Source of the DNA: Candidatus Azambacteria bacterium
GTDB taxonomy: Bacteria > Patescibacteriota > Minisyncoccia > GWC2-36-17 > WO2-46-25
Length of the DNA: 64,000 nucleotides
Reading direction: 5' to 3'
NCBI GenBank assembly: GCA_016200965.1
Contig: JACQDT010000021.1
Span: 86-64,085 of the forward strand
The stretch's first letter is position 1. Each line of letters starts with the position of its first letter. Under the pieces are notes generated by a model. That model ran no database searches. It was not told where the DNA came from and was given only the letters and a program-made list of their open reading frames with translations. Both the position numbers and the translations under genes were made by a program. This document shows positions 37,899-47,672 of this stretch, one piece after another.

Positions 37899-39281
37899 AT
37901 GAAATTTCTCGTGAAAGTCCTGAAATTTATCTTTGTGCCGGAAGGGGAGCGGGCGAAATCGCTCTATATTCTTCTGTTTATTTTCATCGTCGCCGTGGCG
38001 GCCTTTGGGTTTGATTTTCCAGAAAAATGGAACGCGTACGGCGGAACATGGCATATCCCGAAATTCCGCCAGCTTGATTTCAAGCTCGGGCTTGATCTGA
38101 AAGGAGGAGCGCACTTGGTGTACGTTGCCGATCTTTCCAATGTGAAGCCGGCCGATTACGGTGACGCGATGGCGGGCTTGCGGGACGTCATAGAACGGCG
38201 CGTCAACTCGTTTGGTATCGGCGAACCCAACGTGCAGACCGCGCAGGTGGGAGGAGAGCATCGCCTTAATGTGGAACTCGCAGGTATTAAGGATGTTAAT
38301 CAAGCGATACAAATGATCGGCCAGACACCGTATCTTGAGTTCAAGGAAGGCAGACCGGAAGAAGAGACAAAAAAGATCCAAGATGCGCAGAAGAAAGGAG
38401 AGCGCGTATACGAAGACCCGTATTTCATAGCGACCGAACTCAACGGGAAATATCTCAAGCGCTCCGAGCTAACGTTTGACCAAAATACCTATAAACCGGT
38501 AGTGAACCTCGTTTTTGATTCGGAAGGCGCGGCGCTGTTTGCGAAAATCACCGGCCGCAACGTCGGCAAGACGGTTGCCATTTATCTTGATGGCGGGCCT
38601 ATTTCAGTCCCGCGGGTCAACGAAGCGATCACGGGCGGATCGGCGATCATCACCGGCGATTTCAGCGTTCAGGAAGCAAAACAGCTCGTACAACGCCTGA
38701 ACTCCGGCGCGCTGCCTGTTCCGGTAAAACTTATTTCACAGCAAACCGTAGAGGCGTCGCTGGGCGAGGAAGCGCTGAAAAAAAGTTTTCAAACCGGTAT
38801 ATGGGCGCTTGGCGCGGTGGCCGTATTTATGGTGCTATGGTATAAAATCCCGGGCATGTTGGCTATTATCGCGCTTCTCGGATACGCCCTTTTCACGCTT
38901 GCCGCGTTTAAACTGCTTGGCGTCACGCTCACGCTTGCCGGCATAGTAGGATTCATTCTTTCCATCGGTATGGCCGTGGACGCGAATATTCTGATTTTCG
39001 CCCGCATGCGGGAAGAATTCAGGGCGGGAAAAAGATCAGACCTTGCGGTGCATGACGCCTTTCTTCGCGCATGGCCGTCCATACGGGATTCCAACATATC
39101 CACACTGCTGACCTGCTTTGTGCTTTATTTTTTCACCGCGAGTTTGATAAAGGGTTTTGCCCTCACGCTTGCCATCGGCGTGCTTATTTCAATGTTTTCG
39201 GCGATATTTGTCACGCGCGCTCTGTTGCGAGCTGTTATTTTTGAAAAGCTAAGTAAATTGAAATTTTTATGGTACCGATAA
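37899..39281 (+). CDS. secD: Protein-export membrane protein SecD
   Basis: LGLDLKGG motif, periplasmic domain, 6-TM C-terminus. Confidence 0.88.
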   Translation: MKFLVKVLKFIFVPEGERAKSLYILLFIFIVAVAAFGFDFPEKWNAYGGTWHIPKFRQLDFKLGLDLKGGAHLVYVADLSNVKPADYGDAMAGLRDVIERRVNSFGIGEPNVQTAQVGGEHRLNVELAGIKDVNQAIQMIGQTPYLEFKEGRPEEETKKIQDAQKKGERVYEDPYFIATELNGKYLKRSELTFDQNTYKPVVNLVFDSEGAALFAKITGRNVGKTVAIYLDGGPISVPRVNEAITGGSAIITGDFSVQEAKQLVQRLNSGALPVPVKLISQQTVEASLGEEALKKSFQTGIWALGAVAVFMVLWYKIPGMLAIIALLGYALFTLAAFKLLGVTLTLAGIVGFILSIGMAVDANILIFARMREEFRAGKRSDLAVHDAFLRAWPSIRDSNISTLLTCFVLYFFTASLIKGFALTLAIGVLISMFSAIFVTRALLRAVIFEKLSKLKFLWYR

Positions 39282-40186
39282 CAACGTACAGAAAAGTATA
39301 CTATCTGTTCTCCGGGACGCTGATAGCGCTTTCTCTTGTCGCGCTGTCGGTCTGGGGGCTTAAACTGGGAATTGACTTTAAAGGCGGGTCGCTTCTTTTG
39401 GGGAAATTCTCCGAAACAGCGCCGCTCCAGCCGGAGCTCGTCGGATCAATGCAAAAACTTGCGCTGGGGGAAGTCATTGCGCAACCGGCGGGAGAGAAAA
39501 GCGTCATTTTGCGCTTTAAAGAAGTGGACGAGAAAACCCATCAGGAAGTTCTTTCCGCGCTTGACGGGCTTGCGAAAACACACGGCGAGAAGAACACCTT
39601 CGCGCAAAAAAGCTTTGAATCCATCGGCCCTTCCATTGGCAAAGAATTGCGCACGAAATCCGTCACCGCAATCGCACTTGTGCTCGTGCTCATCATCGGC
39701 TACATCGCGCTTGCGTTCCGGAAGGTCTCTTACCCGCTTTCGTCATGGAAGTACGGGGTCGCGGCGCTTATCGCGCTTTTTCACGATGTGATCATTCCGT
39801 TGGGTCTTTTCGCGATGCTGGGGCATTTCAGAAACGTTGAAATTTCAAGCGGCTTCATTGCCGCGATTTTGACGGTGTTAGGATATTCCGTGCACGATTC
39901 CATCATTGTCTTTGACCGCGTGCGCGAAAACCTCGCAAAACATCAGGGAAAGACATTTGAAGAAACGGTGAACATCTCGGTCAACCAGACGTTCATCAGA
40001 TCCCTTAATACTTCTTTAACGGTGATCCTCGTGCTGTTGGCCATTTACTTCCTCGGGGGCGAATCCATAAAATACATCGCGCTCATGCTGTTGGTCGGCG
40101 TCGGGGTAGGGACGTATTCTTCCATTTTCATCGGCTCAACCGCCCTCGTGACCTGGTACGACTATATGAAACGGCGGGGAAATTGA
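39269..40186 (+). CDS. secF: Protein-export membrane protein SecF
   Basis: GIDFKGGS motif, 6 TM, follows secD. Confidence 0.88.
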   Translation: MVPITTYRKVYYLFSGTLIALSLVALSVWGLKLGIDFKGGSLLLGKFSETAPLQPELVGSMQKLALGEVIAQPAGEKSVILRFKEVDEKTHQEVLSALDGLAKTHGEKNTFAQKSFESIGPSIGKELRTKSVTAIALVLVLIIGYIALAFRKVSYPLSSWKYGVAALIALFHDVIIPLGLFAMLGHFRNVEISSGFIAAILTVLGYSVHDSIIVFDRVRENLAKHQGKTFEETVNISVNQTFIRSLNTSLTVILVLLAIYFLGGESIKYIALMLLVGVGVGTYSSIFIGSTALVTWYDYMKRRGN

Positions 40187-42505
40187 TTATTCCGGATGCA
40201 CTTTCGCCGCGCGTTCGCGCAGATAGCGTTTCAACAGAGGATGACCCTCCAATGAAGGGTCTTCTTTCATAATGCGCAGAGCTTCATCGCGCGTCTCCTT
40301 GACCAGCGCGGCGTCCGCCAGCGATGCCATTGCAAGATCAGGAAGACCCCATTGGCGCGTTCCCAGGAAATCACCCGGGCCGCGCAGAGCCAAGTCCTTT
40401 TCCGCAAGCGCAAATCCACTGTGCGATTCAAGCAGGGCTTTCAAGCGGCGATTTTCCTCCGGTGCCGCACTGCCGTCATACGACGACTGCTCCGCTCTCT
40501 GCGTTCGCGGGTTGTCGTCATACGACGACTGCTCCGCTCTCTGCGTTCGCGGGTTGCCTGAAAAAAGCAGGCAGTATGACTGGTGCTCGCCTCTGCCGAC
40601 CCTGCCGCGAAACTGATGCAGTTGCGCAAGTCCGAACAGTTCCGCGCCTTCTACCATCATGACGGTCGCATTGGGCACATCAATACCCACTTCCACCACC
40701 GACGTAGACACGAGAATATCCGCGCCACCGTTTTTGAACTTTTTCATCGTTTCTTCTTTCTCCTTCGCTTTCATTTTTCCGTGAAGCATTACGACCCGCA
40801 GATCCGGAAACATCTCTGCCGATAGTTTTCTATACTCCTCTTTCACTGTTTTCACTTCCGCCGAAAGAAATTGCCGCACAGTAGCAGGGGACAACTCACT
40901 TCCAACTTCAATCCGAGGACAAATAACAAATATCTGTCTGCCTTCTTTTGCTTGCTTTCTGATAAATGCGTACGCCGCCTGACGATGTGCGGGAAGCACG
41001 ATCTTGGTAATGACCTTTTTTCTTTCTTTGGGCATCTCATCAAGCAGTGAAATATCAAGGTCTCCGTATAGCGTGAGGGCAAGCGTGCGCGGAATCGGGG
41101 TGGCAGTCATACTTAACAAATGGGGAGCCGCACCAACGCGGCTTGTTTTTACAAGTGCCGCGCGTTGTTTGACGCCGAAGCGATGCTGTTCGTCCAGCAC
41201 CACAAGCCCTAATTTGCGAAATACGCAATTTTTTGAGATAAGCGCGTGCGTGCCCACGACCACCGGCAACGCGCCTTGGGCAATCATCTGTATAACATCC
41301 TGTTTTTTCATTTTCCTGTCCGCGCGCAATTCTCCGTCGTGGACGATCGCCTGAGCGCCCGTCAGCAATCCCACGTCACATCCGAACAATGCAAAGAACT
41401 GTGCAAATACTGAAAAATGCTGAAGCGCGAGCACCTCGGTGGGCGCCATCAGGGCGATCTGCCATCCGTTTCGAGCGGCATTTAAAGCGGCAATCGCGGC
41501 GACCACCGTTTTTCCCGAGCCGACTTCGCCTTGCAACAGACGGTTCATCGGGAACGGTTTTTGCATATCTTTTAATATTTCCCATGCCGCGCGGCGCTGG
41601 GCATCCGTCAGCCGGAAGGGGAGTAGGGACACGAATCGTTTCACCGCTTCAAGGTCAAGCGCAAGAGGGGGCGCGGATTCTTTTTTGACGGCGTTCTTCG
41701 CTTCCAACGCCAAAAGGTGGAGGAAAAATAATTCTTCAAACGCAAGGCGTTTTCTCGCGCGCGCGCTCTCTTCTTTTGTGCGCGGAAAATGGATTTCCCT
41801 CAATGCCGCCCCCAACGCAGGAAGCCGATGGCGGCGCAGAGTGTCTTGCGGAAGCGGATCAGTGATATGTGAAATGAACGGCAGGGCGTTTTTCATCAGA
41901 TATCTCAACCAACGGGAAGTAATGCCTGCCGTTTCGCGATACACCGGAACCAGGCGGCCGGTGTGCGTCGCGACACCGTCTTTCGCGACGAATTCATACG
42001 CTGGATTTTGAAGTACCAGCGATGTTTTGTCAGCTGTTATTTTCCCCGAAAGATTCACCATCCTGCCGACACGCAAATTTTTTGTGAGGAACGGCTGGTT
42101 GAACCACACCGCGCGCATGCTTCCGGTCCCGTCGGAAATCACCGCTTCGGTAAGATGCATGCGTCTTTTCCATGTGTGCGCGCTTTCCACCCGCTCCAAT
42201 TTTCCGGAGATGGTCGCGACGGCGCCCGCTTTCACGTCCGCTATGGACACTTTTTTGGAAAAATCATCGTAGCGGAACGGCACGTGCATGAGCAGATCGT
42301 ACACCGTACGGATGCCGAGCGCGGCGAGCGGCTTGATGATTGTGGCACTTGCTCCTTTTAATTTTTCAATAGGGGAGAGAAGCGATGTGTCGTCATACGA
42401 CGACTGCTCCGCTCTCGGGGTTCGCGGGTTGCCGTCATACGACGACTGCTCCGCTCTCTGGGTTCGCGGGTTGCCGTCTTTCAGATGAAGAGATGATTTT
42501 AACAT
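40187..42505 (-). CDS. recG: ATP-dependent DNA helicase RecG carrying tandem family-A repeat dimers near both termini
   Basis: GEVGSGKT Walker A, DEQHRFG motif II and helicase C domain; inserts GNPRTQRAEQSSYDGNPRTPRAEQSSYDD (N-term) and GNPRTQRAEQSSYDDNPRTQRAEQSSYDG (C-term, just before the conserved ..LAEKDLALRGPGD); start taken at MLKSS. Confidence 0.88.
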   Translation of the reverse strand: MLKSSLHLKDGNPRTQRAEQSSYDGNPRTPRAEQSSYDDTSLLSPIEKLKGASATIIKPLAALGIRTVYDLLMHVPFRYDDFSKKVSIADVKAGAVATISGKLERVESAHTWKRRMHLTEAVISDGTGSMRAVWFNQPFLTKNLRVGRMVNLSGKITADKTSLVLQNPAYEFVAKDGVATHTGRLVPVYRETAGITSRWLRYLMKNALPFISHITDPLPQDTLRRHRLPALGAALREIHFPRTKEESARARKRLAFEELFFLHLLALEAKNAVKKESAPPLALDLEAVKRFVSLLPFRLTDAQRRAAWEILKDMQKPFPMNRLLQGEVGSGKTVVAAIAALNAARNGWQIALMAPTEVLALQHFSVFAQFFALFGCDVGLLTGAQAIVHDGELRADRKMKKQDVIQMIAQGALPVVVGTHALISKNCVFRKLGLVVLDEQHRFGVKQRAALVKTSRVGAAPHLLSMTATPIPRTLALTLYGDLDISLLDEMPKERKKVITKIVLPAHRQAAYAFIRKQAKEGRQIFVICPRIEVGSELSPATVRQFLSAEVKTVKEEYRKLSAEMFPDLRVVMLHGKMKAKEKEETMKKFKNGGADILVSTSVVEVGIDVPNATVMMVEGAELFGLAQLHQFRGRVGRGEHQSYCLLFSGNPRTQRAEQSSYDDNPRTQRAEQSSYDGSAAPEENRRLKALLESHSGFALAEKDLALRGPGDFLGTRQWGLPDLAMASLADAALVKETRDEALRIMKEDPSLEGHPLLKRYLRERAAKVHPE
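40473..40555 (-). repeat. Family-A repeat, tandem dimer (2 x 42 nt), in frame in the recG 3' region
   Basis: Two units ccgtcatacgacgactgctccgctctctgcgttcgcgggtt read directly. Confidence 0.9.
42388..42471 (-). repeat. Family-A repeat, tandem dimer (2 x 42 nt), in frame in the recG 5' region
   Basis: Two units gtcgtcatacgacgactgctccgctctc(g/t)gggttcgcgggtt read directly. Confidence 0.9.
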
Positions 42506-42596
42506 AATTTGCTGTGGATAAGGCAAAACAAGTATACTACAAGAAATACTGTTTCTATTGTATAATAGAATAACGGTAATTTCTATATCTACCTGC

Positions 42597-43112
42597 ATGG
42601 ATACATCAACAAAGCAGACCGTCACCATCGGGGCGCTCATTTTTTTTATTTTTCTCGCCACCGCTGCGGTTATTTTCTATAACAGTCGCGGCTATATTCA
42701 GAAGGAAACGAAAACCAAAACCAATGAGGAAGGTTTAAACACGGTTCAGGATCGTCAAAAAATACTTGCGACCGACCCCACAGACCCCTCGCATATCAAT
42801 AATCTTAAATACCTCCAAGCGGGGCTAGAAAAATATTTTACTGAAAAAAGGACGTATCCCAAAAAGCTCGGAGAACTCGCGCCAAAGTACATATCTATCG
42901 TACCGAAGTATTCATCAAAAAAGGATTATTTGTATGCCTATTATCCCAAAGAGAAGCCGTCAGCGTATCATCTGGGCGCGCCGCTGGGCGGAAGAAATGC
43001 GGCATCTCCGCAAGCATTTTCTCAGGACGCTGACTTTAATTCAGAAAAAATAAAATACATAAACGGATTTGACGGCGCCGATCCGGTATATGATTTGATG
43101 GGAGGAAAATAA
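42597..43112 (+). CDS. Hypothetical membrane-anchored protein
   Basis: N-terminal TM, no family recognised; tataat ~27 nt upstream. Confidence 0.45.
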   Translation: MDTSTKQTVTIGALIFFIFLATAAVIFYNSRGYIQKETKTKTNEEGLNTVQDRQKILATDPTDPSHINNLKYLQAGLEKYFTEKRTYPKKLGELAPKYISIVPKYSSKKDYLYAYYPKEKPSAYHLGAPLGGRNAASPQAFSQDADFNSEKIKYINGFDGADPVYDLMGGK

Positions 43113-43155
43113 ATAAAAAGAACAACGCCGCAAAAGTAATATTGTGCGACGTGCT

Positions 43156-43671
43156 CTATTTTCCTACCCCCACCAGATCAATGGCCTGCTGATAGATATC
43201 GCGCATAACCGAAAATGCCTCCTTCATTGAGTCGCCCCCGATATCGGGCGCCTTACTGAGAACTTCTTCGAGCGATTGCTGCTGTTTTGCAATCGTCAGT
43301 TCAACTTTTTGCAATAGATTTTTAGTTTGGGTGTCAATTTCGTTTTCCGCTTTTTTCTTAAGACCTTGTTTTACATCTTGAGCGAGTTTGGTATATTCTT
43401 GGTCTATTTTCTGGGCATACTCCTTGCTTAATTCATTATTGCGCGCAAGATCAAGAAGCTCGTCCAAACGCTCCTGCATGAACTTCAAGCGCAATTCCAA
43501 ACGCCCCGCTTCATTGAAAGTAAGGAGGTTAAGCTCTACCCATTCCCCCACCCGATCAAGCGCGTACCATACGCTTTGCGGCCCGACGCCGCCGGCATCT
43601 TGCTGATAGTACACTCCTATTCCGACGCCCAAAAACAATATAAGCAAGCCCGATACTATGAGTTTCAGCAT
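43156..43671 (-). CDS. Hypothetical secreted coiled-coil protein
   Basis: N-terminal TM/signal, heptad-rich. Confidence 0.5.
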   Translation of the reverse strand: MLKLIVSGLLILFLGVGIGVYYQQDAGGVGPQSVWYALDRVGEWVELNLLTFNEAGRLELRLKFMQERLDELLDLARNNELSKEYAQKIDQEYTKLAQDVKQGLKKKAENEIDTQTKNLLQKVELTIAKQQQSLEEVLSKAPDIGGDSMKEAFSVMRDIYQQAIDLVGVGK

Positions 43672-43674
43672 GTG

Positions 43675-45243
43675 TTATAACGATAGACCTTGCGCGACTT
43701 GCAATGCTTTATCAAGCTGGGGGTCTCTCCCCGCAACTCTGTCCTGGTCGGTTAATTCTACCGCGATATCCGGATCTATGCCAAGGCCGTCGATGGGCTT
43801 GCCTGAAGGCCGCAGCCATTGCGCAATGGTCACCTTCAGCGAAGACCCTCCGGGAATCCGAAGCACCTCCTGAATCGTTCCCTTCCCAAACGTTTTCTCC
43901 CCTATCAGCACCGCGTTGCGCGAATCCTTCAATGCCCCCGCGAGGATTTCCGATGCGGATGCCGATCCGCCGTTGACTAAAACGACGATGGGCATTTTTT
44001 CAAGCACACCGCCGCCGTATGAAGCGAATTCTTCTTTGTTTTTCCCTTCGCCGAAATCCGCCGACACCACGAGATTTCCTTTGGGAATAAACTCCGATGC
44101 GATATTGATTGATGCGTCAAGCAGTCCCCCGGGATTGTTGCGCATGTCAAGCACGAGTTTTTTCATTCCTTGCGCTTGCGCTTCTTTTGCGGCTTTGACA
44201 AAATCCATTTCCACTTCTCCAAAAAAATTATTGATCTTGATATAAAAAATATCGCCGGTCTTTCTGGACCATTCAACCGTCGCGACTTTCACCAGCGCTC
44301 TTTCTATGACAAATTCAAGTAAGACATCCTGTCCTGAACGCTCTATGGTAAGCGTTACTTTGGTGCCTTTCTCGCCGCGGATGCGCGCCACCGCGTCTTC
44401 AACCGTCATGTCAATGGTGGACTCGCCGTTTATTTTTACTATTTTATCTCCCGCTTTCACCCCGGCGGTTTCAGCGGGAAGCCCTTTCAAAGGAGCTATT
44501 ACCACTACACCCTTTTTATATCCGAGCTCCGCCCCGATGCCAAAAAACTCTCCCGCGACGTCCTGCGAAAACTTTTTCGCGTCATCCGGCCTGAAAAAAA
44601 CAGTGTATGGGTCGCCAAGCGATTTTATCATCCCTTCCGCCGCTCCCTGGACTAATTTCTGGCGATCAAGCGTCGCACCGTTGCGATATTTTTCTTCAAT
44701 GGTTTTCCAGACATTCCATAACACGCTAAAATCAACGCCCGCCGGGGCGTCCGATTGCGGCAGGACCTGATTGATTTCAAGAGTCGCCGTTTTACCGGAA
44801 ATATCGCCCGTCACATCAGGCCCCGCTTCATAACTTTCAAAATCAGCCGCATTTACCCGCTGTATCGCGTTCCAGTCAAATGCGTTGGCGTTAAACGCTT
44901 CGGGCGAGACGATCCAGCGCGCCTTCGCGCTTTCCACATAATATATTTTTGTGTTATCCGACGAGGGCGAAATGAGATTCACATCCGGCAAAGAAGCAAG
45001 CGTTGCCGCATCAACTTCCCGGATATTTTTCCATAAAAAACGATATGAACTGAACACTTTCGGCGTGCGGAGCCAATATTTATGGCCCCTGAATGTGGTA
45101 TATATCCTGCTCTCTCCTTTCGCCTTAAGCAGGGTTCCATCGGGATAATATGTCTGTCCTGCCAGCGCGTTATCTCCGATTGAAAATCCGCCCGCAAAAA
45201 TAACGGCAATCAATACGGACGCGAATATTTTTTTCGTGTTCAT
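43675..45243 (-). CDS. ctpA: Carboxyl-terminal processing protease (S41, PDZ-containing) with an N-terminal extra domain
   Basis: PDZ (GDKIVKINGEST) and S41 catalytic region GGSASASEILAGALKD. Confidence 0.85.
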   Translation of the reverse strand: MNTKKIFASVLIAVIFAGGFSIGDNALAGQTYYPDGTLLKAKGESRIYTTFRGHKYWLRTPKVFSSYRFLWKNIREVDAATLASLPDVNLISPSSDNTKIYYVESAKARWIVSPEAFNANAFDWNAIQRVNAADFESYEAGPDVTGDISGKTATLEINQVLPQSDAPAGVDFSVLWNVWKTIEEKYRNGATLDRQKLVQGAAEGMIKSLGDPYTVFFRPDDAKKFSQDVAGEFFGIGAELGYKKGVVVIAPLKGLPAETAGVKAGDKIVKINGESTIDMTVEDAVARIRGEKGTKVTLTIERSGQDVLLEFVIERALVKVATVEWSRKTGDIFYIKINNFFGEVEMDFVKAAKEAQAQGMKKLVLDMRNNPGGLLDASINIASEFIPKGNLVVSADFGEGKNKEEFASYGGGVLEKMPIVVLVNGGSASASEILAGALKDSRNAVLIGEKTFGKGTIQEVLRIPGGSSLKVTIAQWLRPSGKPIDGLGIDPDIAVELTDQDRVAGRDPQLDKALQVAQGLSL

Positions 45244-45250
45244 GAATGAA

Positions 45251-45730
45251 TTATTTAGTACAGCTTTTCGCCAACGTAAGTCCCGCCTTTTTCGCGTCTT
45301 CCTCTGTATTGAAAAATATCTTATTTTCCTCCTTTATCTGATTAGCGCACGTCACGCGATAATACGTTTTCCCGTATCGGCTCGCCACATACTCCCCTTT
45401 TGAGACAGATGCTTGTTGCTTTGGTTCCGGTCGCAGTTGCGGGGAAATATTTTCCGCATCAATGAGCTTCACCGGCGCGGCGCGCACATAGCCATTTTCC
45501 AGCTTGGCCACGACAATAGGCGGTCTTGGATATACGATGCGCTCAACATATAACGCGCCAAGCCCGAAAAAAATAACTGCCACCAAAAGAATTTCCGCCA
45601 CATGCGATATGCGGCTGTCATGCTCGCCCCATAACTCTTTTATTCTGCCGATCATTGACTTTGTGGCAATCTCTGTATATAATGGGTTAATTCTAATATA
45701 ACCATACTTCAATGGCAACAGCAAAATCAT
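45251..45730 (-). CDS. Hypothetical membrane-anchored protein
   Basis: N-terminal TM; no family recognised. Confidence 0.45.
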   Translation of the reverse strand: MILLLPLKYGYIRINPLYTEIATKSMIGRIKELWGEHDSRISHVAEILLVAVIFFGLGALYVERIVYPRPPIVVAKLENGYVRAAPVKLIDAENISPQLRPEPKQQASVSKGEYVASRYGKTYYRVTCANQIKEENKIFFNTEEDAKKAGLTLAKSCTK

Positions 45731-45996
45731 CGGGTTCTACGCGTTTAGGAAGGGACTCCCGGTCAAAACGGCTCGGCGTCAAGCTCTTTGCGGGTGAAAC
45801 CGCCAAGCCGGGCGACATCATCATCCGCCAGCGCGGCACGAAATTCATAGCGGGGCAAAACGTCAAAATGGGCGGCGACAACACGCTTTACAGCATGGCA
45901 AACGGCTACATAAAATTCTCATCTCGCCGGCTGAAAAAATTCAACGGCGCGACAAAAGTGTCAAAAGTGGTAAATGTGTTGACCGTAGCAAAATAA
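45712..45996 (+). CDS. rpmA: Ribosomal protein L27
   Basis: [17 protein letters not shown]...[10 protein letters not shown] signature. Confidence 0.9.
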   Translation: MATAKSSGSTRLGRDSRSKRLGVKLFAGETAKPGDIIIRQRGTKFIAGQNVKMGGDNTLYSMANGYIKFSSRRLKKFNGATKVSKVVNVLTVAK

Positions 45997-46012
45997 AAAA
46001 ATCGAAACTTCT

Positions 46013-46456
46013 CTACTCTTTCTCTACCTTCAGGGTAACTTCCGGTTCAAAACCATGATCAAGTTTTACTTTGATTTTGTGTTCGCCGAGGGTTTTTATC
46101 GGATGCTCCAGCGCAATGGCTGACTTTTCAAATGCGATACCCTGCTCTTTCAAAAGCGACAGTATTTTCGCGGCGCTGACCGAGCCGAACACGCTGCCAT
46201 CTATTCCCAGTTTCAGCTTCGCTTGTAAAGTAAGCCGCCGCAGTTTCTCCACAAGCTCTTTTGCTCCGGCTTTTTCTTTTTCTGTTTTGTGCTGCGCCGT
46301 CTTTTGAACCTGCGCAAGCGCGTTCAACGCGCCCGGCGTGGCGGCAACAGCGAACTTCCGCGGGAAAAGAAAATTCCGCGCAAAGCCGTCCGAGGCGTTT
46401 TTCACCTCTCCCCTCTTCCCCACCTTCGGCACATCCTGAAGAAGAATTATTTGCAT
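46013..46456 (-). CDS. rplI: Ribosomal protein L9
   Basis: MQIILLQDVPKVGKRGEVKNASDGFARNFLFP N-terminal domain. Confidence 0.85.
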   Translation of the reverse strand: MQIILLQDVPKVGKRGEVKNASDGFARNFLFPRKFAVAATPGALNALAQVQKTAQHKTEKEKAGAKELVEKLRRLTLQAKLKLGIDGSVFGSVSAAKILSLLKEQGIAFEKSAIALEHPIKTLGEHKIKVKLDHGFEPEVTLKVEKE

Positions 46457-46457
46457 A

Positions 46458-47672
46458 TTACAATTTTTTGATGATTTCCAGCGCTTTTTCAAGCTGTGGA
46501 TCTTTCCCTTCGTCTCTATCTTTCGCAGTCATTTCCACCTTCACGTCCGGCTCAATACCCTGATCCTGAATGGATCTCCCTGAAGGCGTCAGCCACTTTG
46601 CCACCGTTACTTTAATGAGCGTCTCGCGCGCCAGATTCATCACTTCCTGCACCGACCCCTTCCCGAACGTCTTTTCGCCAACCAGCGTCGCATTGCGCGC
46701 GTCTTTCAGCGCGCCCGCCACAATTTCAGACGCCGACGCCGAACCGCCGTCAATGAGCACCACCACAGGCATTTTTTGGAAATAGCGGTAGCCAAGAGAG
46801 CGAAATTCGTTTCGCGCTCCATCGCCGAAATCCTCAATAGATACCACCTCTCCCCTGGACACGAAATAACTTGCCGCCTCAACGGCCGAATCAAGAAACC
46901 CGCCGGGATTATTGCGCATGTCAAGCACTATTTTTTTTGCGCCGCTGGCAAGGATTTCTCGCGCCGCCCGCCGGAATTCCGCGTCAATGTCGCCGACAAA
47001 ACTGTACAATTTCAGATACGCGATACCATTCCCCTTTTTCTCCCACTCTAACACTGGCACATTAATGATGTCTCTGATAATGACAATGTCCTTCGCCTCA
47101 GCGAAACCGTCCCTGAAAATATTCAGCGTCACCGAAGTTCCCTTCTCGCCTCTGATTTTTGACACCGCTTCTTCAAGCGTCATGTCCGTCGTGAACGAAT
47201 CGCCGATTTTTATGATCTTATCGCCGGTAAAAAGGCCCGCTTTCTGCGCCGGGGAATCTTTCAGAGGCGCGATCACCGTCAAAGCGCCTTTTTGAAATCC
47301 TATTTCCGCCCCTATGCCGCCGAACGTTCCGCTGATGTCGCTCTCAAGCAATTTTGATCTTTCGGGGGGAAAGAACGCGGTGTAAGGGTCTTTCAAAGAC
47401 GCCACCATGCCCTCCACGGCGCCGTACACCATCTTTTGCCTGTCAATGTCCTTTCTCCCCACGTATTTTTCTTCCACCGCGCGCCACGCATCCCAAAAAA
47501 TATTAAAATTAACGTTTATCGCCTGATGCTCTTTGTTTTCTACCCCCTGGACTTTATATATGGATGAAACCGAATTTCCGCCCGCGGAAAACCCAAGCGC
47601 GTATGCCGCTCCCACAATAAGGAAACCCATTATGAATTTTCCGATTCGGCTATACATGAATCTATTTTGCAA
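46458..47672 (-). CDS. Carboxyl-terminal processing protease (S41), second paralog
   Basis: PDZ (GDKIIKIGDS) and GGSASASEIVAGALKD. Confidence 0.85.
   Translation of the reverse strand: MQNRFMYSRIGKFIMGFLIVGAAYALGFSAGGNSVSSIYKVQGVENKEHQAINVNFNIFWDAWRAVEEKYVGRKDIDRQKMVYGAVEGMVASLKDPYTAFFPPERSKLLESDISGTFGGIGAEIGFQKGALTVIAPLKDSPAQKAGLFTGDKIIKIGDSFTTDMTLEEAVSKIRGEKGTSVTLNIFRDGFAEAKDIVIIRDIINVPVLEWEKKGNGIAYLKLYSFVGDIDAEFRRAAREILASGAKKIVLDMRNNPGGFLDSAVEAASYFVSRGEVVSIEDFGDGARNEFRSLGYRYFQKMPVVVLIDGGSASASEIVAGALKDARNATLVGEKTFGKGSVQEVMNLARETLIKVTVAKWLTPSGRSIQDQGIEPDVKVEMTAKDRDEGKDPQLEKALEIIKKL

Noticed and set aside
40473-42471. Possible CRISPR array because of tandem 42-nt repeats
   Set aside because: There are only two units per site, no spacers, and the units are translated in frame inside recG. 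No cas genes were found in the window.
40187-42661. recG start at 42661 (full 824-aa ORF)
   Set aside because: The first 52 residues are hydrophobic or unconserved and run into the upstream promoter-like AT-rich region. ATG at 42505 (MLKSS..) precedes the conserved wedge-domain region.
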